Shown here piece by piece: positions 46,783 through 56,422 of a stretch of 64,000 nucleotides of DNA. Source of the stretch: a virus; the IMG/VR virus record IMGVR_UViG_3300046001_006965, positions 18,970 to 82,969 of that record; one strand, 5' to 3'. The notes under the pieces were generated by a model. The model worked only from the letters and a program-made list of their open reading frames with translations, searched no databases and was not told the DNA's origin. Within the stretch, counting starts at the first letter, position 1, and each line of letters opens with the position of its first letter. A program made the translations under genes and the position numbers.

Positions 46783-48314
46783 TGGCAAGTAGCAAAGCGG
46801 AGGATAAGAAATACTACGAATTATGGCAACAGTTTCGGGACAACACCCGGAAAGCCACACCTATTGATTTAAAGGAAAGTACCGTTGACAAACAAAACCG
46901 TATTGCCAAACTCGAAAAGTCACCGGAGGCGTGGTTTAAATACTATTTCCCTAACTTTTATACATCGGAACCGGCACCATTTCACATTAAGGCAACCAAA
47001 CGAGTTTTGGCAAATCCTGAATGGTATGAGGTGCGCTCCTGGTCTCGTGAGTTTTCAAAGTCCGGGCGTACAATGATGGAGGTGCTTTTGTTGGCAATGA
47101 CTGGCAAAAAGAAAAATATATTAATGGTATCGTCAACCTATGACAATGCCGAGCGTTTACTCTTACCATACAAAGTAATCTTGGAGTGCAACAATAGAAT
47201 TATAAACGACTACGGAGCACAGGAAAGCCTTGGCAGTTGGGAAGCGGGCGAGTTCGTAACCAAAAAAGGAGTTTCATTCCGCGCGCTTGGTTCTGGACAG
47301 TCTCCCCGTGGAACCCGTAAAGACGAGGTACGTCCTGATTGCATATTAATCGATGATATTGATACCGATGAAGAGTGCCGAAATGCACAACGCATCAAGG
47401 ACAAAATCAAATGGATTGAGGAAGCATTATACGGAACGCGCTCCCTTTCAAATCCTTTGTTGTGGATAGCTTGTGGAAACATCATTGCCAAATATTGCTG
47501 TATTACTGAAATGGCCAAGAAAGCCGATATCCACGAAATTATAAATATTCGTGACAAAAACGGAGTTTCAAACTGGCCCGCTAAAAATACTGAAGCTTTA
47601 ATTGACCGAGCCCTTTCCAAGATTTCTTGGAGCGCACAACAAAAGGAATATTACAACAATCCGGTGAGTGATGGTGACGTATTCGAAAAGATAAAATACG
47701 ACAAATGTCCACCGTTAAAATCTTGCGACAATGTGTTGGTTTATGCTGACCCTTCGACCTCGAATAAAGACCGTGGCGTTAATAAACAAGCCTCTTATAA
47801 ATCGGTGGGCGTTATTGGTAAAAAGGGATTGAAATACTATTTATATAAAGTTTGGATTAAGCAAACCAATAACTCAAAATTTGTGAGTTACTTGTATGAG
47901 GCCTACAACTATATGGTACTGCACGAGGTCGATGTGAAGCGTATTTATATCGAGAACAACTCATTGCAGGCTCCACACTATGAGCAAGTAATTCAACCCG
48001 AAATTAAAAAGCAAGGCGGTGGACTTATTCACTTGCCTATTACCGAAGACCAACGTAAAAAGTCGGACAAATTTGAACGTATCGAAGGAACCTTGGAACC
48101 AAAGAACCGATTGGGAAATCTAATTTTCAACATTGCCGAAAAGAATGACCCTGATATGAAAGTTATGGAGGATCAAATGACGGCCGTTTCAAAAAATGCA
48201 AAAATGATGGACGGCCCCGATATGTTGGAAGGTGGCGTTTGGATTTTAGAAAACAAGACCGTACAAATGGAAGGCGGGTACTCTTATGGCTCAGTTAATA
48301 ATAGGAAGTTTTAA
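46782..48314 (+). CDS. terL: Terminase large subunit (Mu-like)
   Basis: SREFSKS, QSPRG, ILIDD, YADPS, DGPD. Confidence 0.88.
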   Translation: MASSKAEDKKYYELWQQFRDNTRKATPIDLKESTVDKQNRIAKLEKSPEAWFKYYFPNFYTSEPAPFHIKATKRVLANPEWYEVRSWSREFSKSGRTMMEVLLLAMTGKKKNILMVSSTYDNAERLLLPYKVILECNNRIINDYGAQESLGSWEAGEFVTKKGVSFRALGSGQSPRGTRKDEVRPDCILIDDIDTDEECRNAQRIKDKIKWIEEALYGTRSLSNPLLWIACGNIIAKYCCITEMAKKADIHEIINIRDKNGVSNWPAKNTEALIDRALSKISWSAQQKEYYNNPVSDGDVFEKIKYDKCPPLKSCDNVLVYADPSTSNKDRGVNKQASYKSVGVIGKKGLKYYLYKVWIKQTNNSKFVSYLYEAYNYMVLHEVDVKRIYIENNSLQAPHYEQVIQPEIKKQGGGLIHLPITEDQRKKSDKFERIEGTLEPKNRLGNLIFNIAEKNDPDMKVMEDQMTAVSKNAKMMDGPDMLEGGVWILENKTVQMEGGYSYGSVNNRKF

Positions 48315-48318
48315 TGTT

Positions 48319-48504
48319 ATGTCAAAAAACAGGAAAGAAAGACAGGCATACGCCTATTTACAAGGGAGCATTAATAAAGTAGATATTTCAGTTTTAAAAA
48401 AATGGAATAGAAAAAATTTTGATGTAGGTGAATTTAGGGCATTACGAAAGCAGAAAACGGAGCAAATTATGAACAAAGAAACAACAATAAATATAAATAT
48501 ATGA
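48319..48504 (+). CDS. Hypothetical protein
   Basis: AT-rich small ORF, start MSKNR. Confidence 0.4.
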   Translation: MSKNRKERQAYAYLQGSINKVDISVLKKWNRKNFDVGEFRALRKQKTEQIMNKETTININI

Positions 48505-48665
48505 AAGTAGTAACTTATCAAGTAGGCGTGGATGTTTTAGGATTTCCAATTTATATGCAACATAAAATTTACAAGATTTCAACAGACCCAAACAGCAAGT
48601 TTCACAAAGGGGTTTCTATTCCTTTGGGACAGGTTGTTGACCAAGAAATCATAAAACAACACTAG
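48501..48665 (+). CDS. 54-aa hypothetical protein
   Basis: Hand translation MKVVTYQVGVDVLGFPIY...; ATGA overlap. Confidence 0.45.
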   Translation: MKVVTYQVGVDVLGFPIYMQHKIYKISTDPNSKFHKGVSIPLGQVVDQEIIKQH

Positions 48666-48666
48666 T

Positions 48667-49095
48667 ATGTTTTTATCAAAATCAGATTTAGGAAGCGCCA
48701 TTTATGGCTATCAAGTTGACCAAATAACCGAGGGCAAGGATGATTTAGTATTGCAGGCCATTGGAGCAGCTATTGAGGAAGTGGGTGGCTATTTAAAAGG
48801 CGCGAGCTTGTATGATGTCACCGCTATTTTTGCCGCGGCAGGAGCAAACAGAAATGCGTTAATTGTAACGCATACCGTTACCGTTGCCAAATGGTATCTC
48901 GTAGAGTTATGCAATGCCGACATCATTTATGAGCAGGCTAAAGAACGATATGACCGCGCTGTAGCTTGGCTCACTAAACTATCCAAAGGAACGGTTGTCG
49001 TTGGCTCTTTGCCAGTGGTTCCCATTGCAACTGGACAAACTGAAACTGACACTTTTGGCTATGGCTCAAGACCTAAATTTAATCACGATATATAA
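48667..49095 (+). CDS. Mu gp36-like head-tail adaptor (DUF1320)
   Basis: AIEEVGGYL, ERYDRAVAWL. Confidence 0.8.
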   Translation: MFLSKSDLGSAIYGYQVDQITEGKDDLVLQAIGAAIEEVGGYLKGASLYDVTAIFAAAGANRNALIVTHTVTVAKWYLVELCNADIIYEQAKERYDRAVAWLTKLSKGTVVVGSLPVVPIATGQTETDTFGYGSRPKFNHDI

Positions 49096-50309
49096 TGGCA
49101 GCAGCAGCAAAAAAAGCCGCTCCGGTAAAGAAAACCGCAGCACTCGACAATAAGTTAGTCAATCAAATTTTAGCCAAATCAATGAGCCGGGTTCGTCAGG
49201 ATGTGGCGAGTTGGAACACGGCTTTGACTATGGCCAGAAAAGCCGAGAAACCAAAGCGGTTTTTGTTGTATAATTTATACGATGAAATTTCCATTGATGG
49301 CCTTTTAAAATCTCAATTAGGCAATCGAAACCTTAAATCATTGTCAACCAGTTTTATCATATCTGACAAAAGTGGGAATACAAATGAAGATGCCACGGCT
49401 TTGCTTCAGGATAAAATATGGGTTAATGAAATTAACAAAGCGATCCTTGGATCTATCACGCACGGACATTCTGCAATAGAGTTATCCTGGATAGGAGCCG
49501 GAGAAACTCAAGACTTGAATTGTGATTTATTAGACAGACAAAATATTGAGCCTCGTGACGGCTTGTTTTATCCTGATTATAATGCTGACAAAGCAACCGC
49601 GTACCGTTTGATGCCTGAGTTTGGCACTTGGATTTTAGAGTTTGGAGACCCTAAAAATTTAGGACTTTTAAACAGTGCAGTGCCTCACGTTTTATTCAAA
49701 CGATTTGCACAAAGTTGTTGGTCTGAACTTTGCGAAATCGCGGGAATCCCTCCAAGGGTTATGAAAACAGATACCCAAAACGCGGCAATGTTACGACGTG
49801 CAGAGCGTATGATGAAAGATATGGGTGCAGCCGCTTGGTTCATTATTGACGAAAGTGAAAAATTTGAGTGGGCGCAAGCCTCGAATGCTAACGGTGATGT
49901 GTACCAAAAGTTAATGACTTTTTGCAATAACGAAATATCGATGCTAGTTTCGGGTGCTGTAATGGGTCAGGATACTGTGAACGGATCTAACTCGAAAGAG
50001 AAAACAATGCAGGATACTTTGCAAACATTGGTAGACTCTGATTTATCATTGATTGAGCAATATTGGAACTCTAAAGTTATCCCGGCTTTAATCAATATCG
50101 GGGTTTTGAGTGGCGAATGCGTTTTCTCTTATCCCGAAACGGAGGACATTGCTCAATTGTGGACAATGACAAAAGATACTTTTCAATACTTTGAAGTAGA
50201 CACAGAGTGGATAAAAACCACTTTTGGAGTTCAGGTTACTGGGCCAAAAATACAACCTGTGGCAGCACCACCGGCAAAGCTTTCACTTGATGCGGGTTTT
50301 TTCGACTAA
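49095..50309 (+). CDS. Portal protein (DUF935, Mu gp29-like)
   Basis: WSELCEIAGIP, CNNEISMLVSG; gene order. Confidence 0.85.
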   Translation: MAAAAKKAAPVKKTAALDNKLVNQILAKSMSRVRQDVASWNTALTMARKAEKPKRFLLYNLYDEISIDGLLKSQLGNRNLKSLSTSFIISDKSGNTNEDATALLQDKIWVNEINKAILGSITHGHSAIELSWIGAGETQDLNCDLLDRQNIEPRDGLFYPDYNADKATAYRLMPEFGTWILEFGDPKNLGLLNSAVPHVLFKRFAQSCWSELCEIAGIPPRVMKTDTQNAAMLRRAERMMKDMGAAAWFIIDESEKFEWAQASNANGDVYQKLMTFCNNEISMLVSGAVMGQDTVNGSNSKEKTMQDTLQTLVDSDLSLIEQYWNSKVIPALINIGVLSGECVFSYPETEDIAQLWTMTKDTFQYFEVDTEWIKTTFGVQVTGPKIQPVAAPPAKLSLDAGFFD

Positions 50310-50342
50310 GCCCCAATTATTTTAAGGAATATTTTGGGGCTT
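50294..50342 (+). promoter_or_regulatory. Predicted -1 programmed ribosomal frameshift signal
   Basis: G_GGT_TTT_TTC followed by hairpin AAGCCCCAA...TTGGGGCTT. Confidence 0.65.
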
Positions 50343-51193
50343 TGAATAGCCAACTTTCGTTTTTGTACGATTGTGATTGTGACGATTGCAAAACAAAGGC
50401 GCACACATTGGCCATTGGCAAAAGCAAAATTAAACCGCTTTTAACTGCCGTTGAAAAGGCATTTAAACAATTGCACACCAAAGGCAGTTACAAGCCACAA
50501 GATTTGGCAAAAACAGCCGAGTACAAAAATTTGATTACAGGAACGAGCACAATTTTAAACGGTGCAATTGCCGACAATGATATTCCTGAAGCAATGTTCA
50601 ACTCATTGAAAGAGGACGTGTTTGTATTTTCGGGATTGAAAACTCACGCACAATTGGCTGAAGCTTCGAAATTATTATTGACTCCTGAAGGAAAAATAAA
50701 ATCCTTTTCGATATTCTCAAATGACGTGCAAAGCATCAAAGAGAACTATAATCAAAAGTATCTGGATGCCGAGTATCAATTTGCAGTATCCAGTGCGCAA
50801 TCGGCAGGAAATTGGGCGGGTTTAACGACTGATTATGATTTGCAGTATAGAACGGCGGGCGATGACCGCGTTCGCGACTCACACGACAAATTAAGAGATA
50901 CGACACTTCCACAGGATGACGCGTTTTGGATTTCGTATTACCCACCAAACGGTTGGCGTTGTCGCTGTACCGCTGTCCAAGTCCGAAAAGGCAAGTATGA
51001 TGTAAGCGATAGCAAAAAGGCAATTACTGAAGGCGAAAAAGCAACTACTCAAATTGATAAAAATGGGCAAAACAAACTGGCGATTTTTCGTTTTAATCCT
51101 GGCATTCAAAAAGTGGTATTTCCGCCGTCGCATCCGTATACTAAGATTGCGGGCGCGAAGGAAGTCAGAAAGATATTGAAAGATGGAAATTAA
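50342..51193 (+). CDS. MuF / SPP1 gp7-like head morphogenesis protein
   Basis: LQYRTAGDDRVRDSH, YPPNGWRCRC, FRFNPG; only a TTG start before the conserved region. Confidence 0.9.
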   Translation: MNSQLSFLYDCDCDDCKTKAHTLAIGKSKIKPLLTAVEKAFKQLHTKGSYKPQDLAKTAEYKNLITGTSTILNGAIADNDIPEAMFNSLKEDVFVFSGLKTHAQLAEASKLLLTPEGKIKSFSIFSNDVQSIKENYNQKYLDAEYQFAVSSAQSAGNWAGLTTDYDLQYRTAGDDRVRDSHDKLRDTTLPQDDAFWISYYPPNGWRCRCTAVQVRKGKYDVSDSKKAITEGEKATTQIDKNGQNKLAIFRFNPGIQKVVFPPSHPYTKIAGAKEVRKILKDGN

Positions 51194-51731
51194 CGAACTC
51201 GAAAAAAAGATTACTGCAGACTTAGCGGTTGAGCTTGCTGACGAGTTTGACCGAAACTTTGAGCGTAAAGCCTTTTTTACTGAGAAATGGCCGTCAACTA
51301 AAATCAATAATGCTCGTGGTTCTGTGTTGAACCGCTCCGGGAACCTGCGACGCTCGATTAAATATTCCGTGAGGGAAAATATGATTTCGTTTAGCAGTTC
51401 GCTGCCGTATGCTTCAATTCATAATGAAGGTGGCGAGATAACAGTCACGGCTCAAATGAAAAAATACTTTTGGGCAATGTACTACAGAGCAATGGGTGGC
51501 GTCACGACCAAAAAAGACGGTGGCGAAAGTTCCAGTAAGAAAAATGTAAAGCTAACCGGAGAGGCGGCCAAGTGGAGAGGAATGGCTTTAATGAAAATAG
51601 GCCAAAAAATAAAAGTCGAAAAGAGGCAAATGGTGGGAGACCATCCACAGGTTGCAAAACTAGTAAAAGGCGTTATTGACGACAATATGGAAATCTTTAA
51701 CCAAGAGTTAATTAAAAAATTCAAAAGATGA
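51183..51731 (+). CDS. Virion morphogenesis protein (Mu gpG-like)
   Basis: SGNLRRSI, YASIHNEGG, KRQMVG. Confidence 0.82.
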   Translation: MEINELEKKITADLAVELADEFDRNFERKAFFTEKWPSTKINNARGSVLNRSGNLRRSIKYSVRENMISFSSSLPYASIHNEGGEITVTAQMKKYFWAMYYRAMGGVTTKKDGGESSSKKNVKLTGEAAKWRGMALMKIGQKIKVEKRQMVGDHPQVAKLVKGVIDDNMEIFNQELIKKFKR

Positions 51732-52180
51732 AAACATTACTTTTAGGCATACAAGACCAATTGGCCACAGCCACAGGATTGAAACACATTGACGAAGATT
51801 GGGGACAACTTGACGATTACGGCCCACACGTGCCCGTTAAGTGGCCGTGTTGCCTGATTGACTTTACCGCCGCCAATTATACCGACATTGGAATTGATAG
51901 AGCCTCAACGCCGCAGAACCGCCAACAGGCGACTGGAAGCATCACGCTGAACTTTGCCAATTTGAAATTAACTAATACGAGCAAGCTTGCACCCATTGGC
52001 CAAAAGAATGATGCCTATCTATTAATGGAATTAATAGAAACGGTACACGCAAAAATACAAGGTTTTAGACCTGAAGAAAAAAGCGGAGCTATGATGCGTT
52101 CGAGTTTTAAAAGAGTAAAAAGAGACGACGGAATTCAACAATACCAAGTCGTTTATACTATTGGTTTAAATAACGTTTAA
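51728..52180 (+). CDS. Tail terminator (Mu gp37-like)
   Basis: IDEDWGQL, WPCCLIDF; gene order. Confidence 0.7.
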   Translation: MKTLLLGIQDQLATATGLKHIDEDWGQLDDYGPHVPVKWPCCLIDFTAANYTDIGIDRASTPQNRQQATGSITLNFANLKLTNTSKLAPIGQKNDAYLLMELIETVHAKIQGFRPEEKSGAMMRSSFKRVKRDDGIQQYQVVYTIGLNNV

Positions 52181-52422
52181 ATCGCAAAACGGAGTTGTTG
52201 ATTTTTTACTACTTCGAGAGCTGCAATCTCTTTGTTAACCGGAGTGGTCAAAATAGTATAGAGCGTAGTTCGTGAAATTGGGTAAACGGGACAAATGTAT
52301 TTTCGTAGAATAACAGCGTCGGGAATGTCCTCCGTCTTGTGCTTGTGGTACAAGTCTAAAATAAGCTTATATCGTTTAAGCTTATTGTTTTGGATTCCGA
52401 TAGCTTGGTTGGTGAGGGACAT
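52177..52422 (-). CDS. Small HTH regulator (late-activator position)
   Basis: YICPVYPISRTTLYTIL. Confidence 0.6.
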   Translation of the reverse strand: MSLTNQAIGIQNNKLKRYKLILDLYHKHKTEDIPDAVILRKYICPVYPISRTTLYTILTTPVNKEIAALEVVKNQQLRFAI

Positions 52423-52474
52423 AGCACAAATATATATTATTTTATAATACGATGCAATGCAAGTTTTTAGACAT

Positions 52475-52507
52475 AAAAAAACCCACCGATTAGAGTGGGT
52501 TTTTTTT
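52475..52507. terminator. Intrinsic terminator
   Basis: AAAAAAACCCAC-cgattaga-GTGGGTTTTTTT. Confidence 0.7.
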
Positions 52508-52508
52508 G

Positions 52509-53156
52509 TTAATTAGACCAGTTGCTCAGCTCCCAAAGGTTGTCCTGTTTATTTTGAATTTTAAAGATAATTCCTTGTGGACGGTGCCTTAGTTCTTGGC
52601 TTGAAAAATCGTCAATCGTTTTTTCTAGTTCTACGTCGGGCCTAAACACTTTTTTCCAAATAGGAAACAAATCAAGATATTTACCAGATACATTATTAAA
52701 TTTAAATTTCTTTGTGCCTGCTATTTCAAGGGATGGATTTTCGCCTTCATAATAAACCGTAAATGATACGTCAAGATGATTTTGTCCGCTATAGTCATCT
52801 GATTTTCTTGCAATAGCTTTCATTTCTTCCGTGGCGGACGCATCTATAAAAACAATAATATACAATCGCTGTTTTGTACTTTCTAATATTTTCAGAAACT
52901 CCCATTTTGTTTTTCCATTAGCGGCAACATTTTCGGCAAATTCACGCGCACCTGGTTCATCTAGTTTTGAAAGCGATAGGATATAATCTTTATTTGGGTG
53001 GTTAAAAACTGCGGCTTTATCATCTTTTTGCTTTTGTAAAGCAGCACGTTCAGCATCCCTTTGTTTAACTCCGGCCATAATAATATCGGCGGAGCTTTGT
53101 TGTGCGCTTGCAAATAAACCTATTAGAAATGTGGCGAGAAATAGTATTTTTTTCAT
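52509..53156 (-). CDS. Secreted hypothetical protein
   Basis: Signal peptide MKKILFLATFLIGLFASA. Confidence 0.7.
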   Translation of the reverse strand: MKKILFLATFLIGLFASAQQSSADIIMAGVKQRDAERAALQKQKDDKAAVFNHPNKDYILSLSKLDEPGAREFAENVAANGKTKWEFLKILESTKQRLYIIVFIDASATEEMKAIARKSDDYSGQNHLDVSFTVYYEGENPSLEIAGTKKFKFNNVSGKYLDLFPIWKKVFRPDVELEKTIDDFSSQELRHRPQGIIFKIQNKQDNLWELSNWSN

Positions 53157-53162
53157 AATTTA

Positions 53163-53396
53163 TTACATTAATGAGGGGTCACTCATATTGAAATTAGAAC
53201 TTTTTTTAAATTCATCGCTGTACGGAACAAACACAGAGCTAAGTCTTACTTGAATAGCTGATTCCTCTGAGCTATCTTCAAACTCTGTAAAAATCCATCC
53301 TCCGGGAACTCTTCTAACTGATAAACTTCTTGGATTGTAGGGCTCACGCTCTGCAAATGTTTCTTCTAATAAATCTAAGGCATAAATGTTTTTCAT
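53163..53396 (-). CDS. Hypothetical protein
   Basis: RVPGGWI...VFVPY recurrent phage motif. Confidence 0.6.
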   Translation of the reverse strand: MKNIYALDLLEETFAEREPYNPRSLSVRRVPGGWIFTEFEDSSEESAIQVRLSSVFVPYSDEFKKSSNFNMSDPSLM

Positions 53397-53452
53397 TTGG
53401 TTGTTGTTTTTAAGTTGCTCAAATGTATGTAATTATTGTCACTGCAAAATTT

Positions 53453-53908
53453 TTAATTATCAAAAACCGTTTTCATCCAAAAATTTTTTATCTGGTTAGC
53501 ATCATAATCAAACTCTTGAAGTTTATTGGAGAGTCGTTTGACCTGACCGCGAATTTCTTCGAGTGTATATTCCTCCTGATTTATGGGCTTACCCATTTCG
53601 ATTAAAAATTTATTATAATGCTCTCGATAGTCTCGGTCATATTTCATCCAGTCCGGGTGTTTTTTTATGGCATAGTATACAGAGGAGTGGTCTTTATTAA
53701 AGAAGCTTCCAATGGCCTCGTATGTTTCGCCTTCAGCTATTAGTTGCAGGCTTATGGCACTGCGAGCATAAACCATTGTGCGGGTTCTGGCTGTGTCGAG
53801 TGGATCTACTCCATAAACCTTCTCGGCTATTTCTGCTAAATAGCAGGCTTGACTTTTATTTCTTAAATTGTATCTCATAATCTTATGCTTTAGACCACTC
53901 ATCTTCAA
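53453..53908 (-). CDS. Protein with a DnaA C-terminal-like HTH
   Basis: RTRTMVYAR...IGSFFNKDHSSVYYAIKK. Confidence 0.72.
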   Translation of the reverse strand: MKMSGLKHKIMRYNLRNKSQACYLAEIAEKVYGVDPLDTARTRTMVYARSAISLQLIAEGETYEAIGSFFNKDHSSVYYAIKKHPDWMKYDRDYREHYNKFLIEMGKPINQEEYTLEEIRGQVKRLSNKLQEFDYDANQIKNFWMKTVFDN

Positions 53909-54341
53909 AGTAGCGTTTGTTTATAAATGTGGAAAGGTGCGCTTTGGCAACTCCTGTTTTTGCTAGATATTTATCGTAGCCTTTTATCGAAAGGAAACAC
54001 TTTATTTTATCGGCATCCTTTAGTTTGTTGTATTGCTTTTCGGAATCTGACTTGCTGACTTTGTTGTTGTAGATGTTCCAAAAGTTTTCGAAGTCAAGAA
54101 CGGGAGCGGCTTTTATGATTTCGAATTTATCTGTGAATATTTTTATTTTTTGCCAGATTGTTTTCATTTGATTTTCATTAGCCGGGAAGTGTGCAAAGAG
54201 CCAATTTTGTTGTGCTATTGTCAATTCACCTTCTAGTATTTCAAAGGCTTTTAAATGTGCGTTTAAATCGTATTTAAACAGGAATAATAATGCCTTTTCT
54301 TTACTCCTGACGGTGTAGGTGGTTAGTTGTTCCATTGGCAT
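53883..54341 (-). CDS. Hypothetical protein
   Basis: FENFWNIY..KV motif resembling replisome-organiser C-termini. Confidence 0.65.
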   Translation of the reverse strand: MPMEQLTTYTVRSKEKALLFLFKYDLNAHLKAFEILEGELTIAQQNWLFAHFPANENQMKTIWQKIKIFTDKFEIIKAAPVLDFENFWNIYNNKVSKSDSEKQYNKLKDADKIKCFLSIKGYDKYLAKTGVAKAHLSTFINKRYFEDEWSKA

Positions 54342-54649
54342 GTATTTAAATGATCTATGATATAATAGAAAGGGATATTCAAGTCAAAAGCTAGAGCTAA
54401 TTCAATCTTTGCCCCTTTACTGTGTATATGGCAGGGAAGTAAATAAACTGCGTCACAGTCTACTAAAGCTTTAATACATTTTTTCATTGCAACTGGCCAA
54501 GGAGTATTCCAGTCTCCGACAACTTTTAATGGGTTTATAACTTCGAAGCCTAAAGCTTCAATTTCTTTTTGAACGATAGCAAATTTCTCTGTCGCTTCAT
54601 CTGGGAGCAATCCGGTAACTTTCCCGGCTATGTATATTTTCTTTTTCAT
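54323..54649 (-). CDS. DUF4406 (nucleoside deoxyribosyltransferase-like)
   Basis: KIYIAGKVTG, VINP, CDAVYLL, SKGAKIE. Confidence 0.85.
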   Translation of the reverse strand: MKKKIYIAGKVTGLLPDEATEKFAIVQKEIEALGFEVINPLKVVGDWNTPWPVAMKKCIKALVDCDAVYLLPCHIHSKGAKIELALAFDLNIPFYYIIDHLNTCQWNN

Positions 54650-54846
54650 TGTTTAGCGTTTTTTAATTGATTTTTATTGAAGTCTAGCATCTTTTTTACA
54701 AGCCTTTCATCTCTTTTGCAGGTTGGTTTGAATGATTTTTCTAAAAAATTAATTTGTTCGTGATTCATATTTCTAAATCTTCCAAAAACATAAAAGGCAA
54801 TAACAGTTCTGAGATAGGAAATGAATAGTATTATTTTTTTTCTCAT
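54646..54846 (-). CDS. Hypothetical protein
   Basis: Coupled ORF. Confidence 0.5.
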   Translation of the reverse strand: MRKKIILFISYLRTVIAFYVFGRFRNMNHEQINFLEKSFKPTCKRDERLVKKMLDFNKNQLKNAKQ

Positions 54847-55178
54847 TATACTAACTGTTGGTTTAAAGTGGATTGAATGAAACGAATGACATTACGGTCA
54901 TAATCATTTAGCGGGTGTTGATCTGTGAGTATTGTGAACTGTTCTAGGAAGTGAGCCTCATAATACTCTAGTGTGAAATTATGCTTTTTACATTTGGTAA
55001 ACAGCGTCACGCCCATTTGTACTTCGAGTTGTTTCTTTTTGAATTTCAAAATAACTTTGTCGAGAACTGACCGAGCTACTTTCACGCTTCGGTCTTTGTT
55101 GGGAGTATGGTCAAGAAAGCCAAAGGTGTACACTAAGGAGTTTAAGTGTTTTTCGGAGATTTTAAGTTTTACTTTCAT
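54846..55178 (-). CDS. Hypothetical protein
   Basis: Coupled ORF. Confidence 0.6.
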   Translation of the reverse strand: MKVKLKISEKHLNSLVYTFGFLDHTPNKDRSVKVARSVLDKVILKFKKKQLEVQMGVTLFTKCKKHNFTLEYYEAHFLEQFTILTDQHPLNDYDRNVIRFIQSTLNQQLV

Positions 55179-55179
55179 A

Positions 55180-55323
55180 TCAACAATCTGTTTTAGGTTT
55201 GGTTAATTGTTCGCCACACTCGATGCAAAATTGGGCGGTGGTTTCACATCCGCACTCGGCGGTTAAGGTTCTGGTTTCGGATATGTCGTGTGGACAAACC
55301 TCTTTGATGCTATACTTTTCCAT
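55180..55323 (-). CDS. 47-aa zinc-ribbon protein
   Basis: Hand translation MEKYSIKEVCPH...ECGC...FCIECGEQL. Confidence 0.55.
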   Translation of the reverse strand: MEKYSIKEVCPHDISETRTLTAECGCETTAQFCIECGEQLTKPKTDC

Positions 55324-55420
55324 TCCAAGTGGTTTCTGAAGGGCAACAACTTTTGCCGCCGTATAGTTTGAAGGAAATTTTATTGAAAAGTGATGCGAAG
55401 TAATTTTTTACTTTTTTCAT

Positions 55421-55657
55421 TTATATTTTAGTTCCGTGGTATAACCCACAATTAGAGCAAAAGAATTCGCCGTTTTTTTCTTTGACTGGCATATCAATTT
55501 CACATTCAAAACAGTGAAGGCGTCGGCTATCTTCCTCTTCGGGTTCAACTCCAATCATATCACAGGCGTTGGTAGCTCCCATAAAATAACCTATCCAAAA
55601 CGATGCGCCAATAAGCATCAAGGCAAACACTGCTATTCCTATTTTTACTACTATCAT
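55421..55657 (-). CDS. Membrane-anchored zinc-ribbon protein
   Basis: TM segment plus CFEC...CSNC. Confidence 0.6.
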   Translation of the reverse strand: MIVVKIGIAVFALMLIGASFWIGYFMGATNACDMIGVEPEEEDSRRLHCFECEIDMPVKEKNGEFFCSNCGLYHGTKI

Positions 55658-55658
55658 T

Positions 55659-56132
55659 TTATTTATATATTGATTTAACGATTCCTTTAAATGCTTCGAT
55701 AATTTTTGAAACTTCCCACGGCTCCATTTTTTTGAGGGGTTTGTTTATGGGTGACTTATCACTTTTTAGAAAATCACTCAACCTATTGAGGTCAGGAACT
55801 TCGCCATACTTCTCATTAGGTATTACCCATTGAGCGGTGCGCATTTGCGCTAGTATGGTAAGGTGTTGTTTATTTTCCTTATCGAATGATGCCCAGTTTT
55901 CAACCTCAATTGTGGGGGTTGTTCCCGTTTGTTGGTGCATTATCTTAATCGCCTGGTCGTGGGTGATGGAGCGTAAGCTTGTGCGGGAATTATCATTAGT
56001 AACCCATTGCACCCATTCGTCTTTCATTTCAACATTATAATTGCAATTGCGCATTATTTCGTTGATTTGAAACTTGGTGATGCCTCCGGTTGTTTTGGGT
56101 TGGGTTTTAGTTTGTTTCATAATAGGCGTCAT
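55659..56132 (-). CDS. Hypothetical protein (GemA/DUF1018-like position)
   Basis: RTSLRSIT, RLSDFL..KPLKKM; Mu early region. Confidence 0.55.
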   Translation of the reverse strand: MTPIMKQTKTQPKTTGGITKFQINEIMRNCNYNVEMKDEWVQWVTNDNSRTSLRSITHDQAIKIMHQQTGTTPTIEVENWASFDKENKQHLTILAQMRTAQWVIPNEKYGEVPDLNRLSDFLKSDKSPINKPLKKMEPWEVSKIIEAFKGIVKSIYK

Positions 56133-56403
56133 TTATAGAAAATGCAACTCCATAAAAGCCTGAAATAATCAACTTTTTTCCCCCTGACGGATTCCAAAAG
56201 GAAATATTTAAGGGTGTGCAACGTGGATATTTTTCGTTGAGCTCTGTTTGCTTTGACATAATTCGTTTTTTTAGCTCTGGAAGTTTGGCGGCGTCAATAA
56301 GCTTTCCTCTTAACGATTGTAGAAAAGTAGAAAACTCGGCTTGGAGTTTGTTTTTAGTTTGAAGCGAGTTATTGGCTTCGAGATAGTAGTGGGTTGGTTT
56401 CAT
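56107..56403 (-). CDS. Hypothetical protein
   Basis: ELNEKYPRCTPL. Confidence 0.6.
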   Translation of the reverse strand: MKPTHYYLEANNSLQTKNKLQAEFSTFLQSLRGKLIDAAKLPELKKRIMSKQTELNEKYPRCTPLNISFWNPSGGKKLIISGFYGVAFSINDAYYETN

Positions 56404-56422
56404 TTTGTTGTTGTTTTAAAAT

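Noticed and set aside
50307-50345. Stop-codon readthrough, or a plain terminator, after the portal
   Set aside because: Readthrough hits an in-frame TGA after 11 codons and does not join MuF. The hairpin has only a short U run and sits mid-operon. A -1 frameshift fits better.
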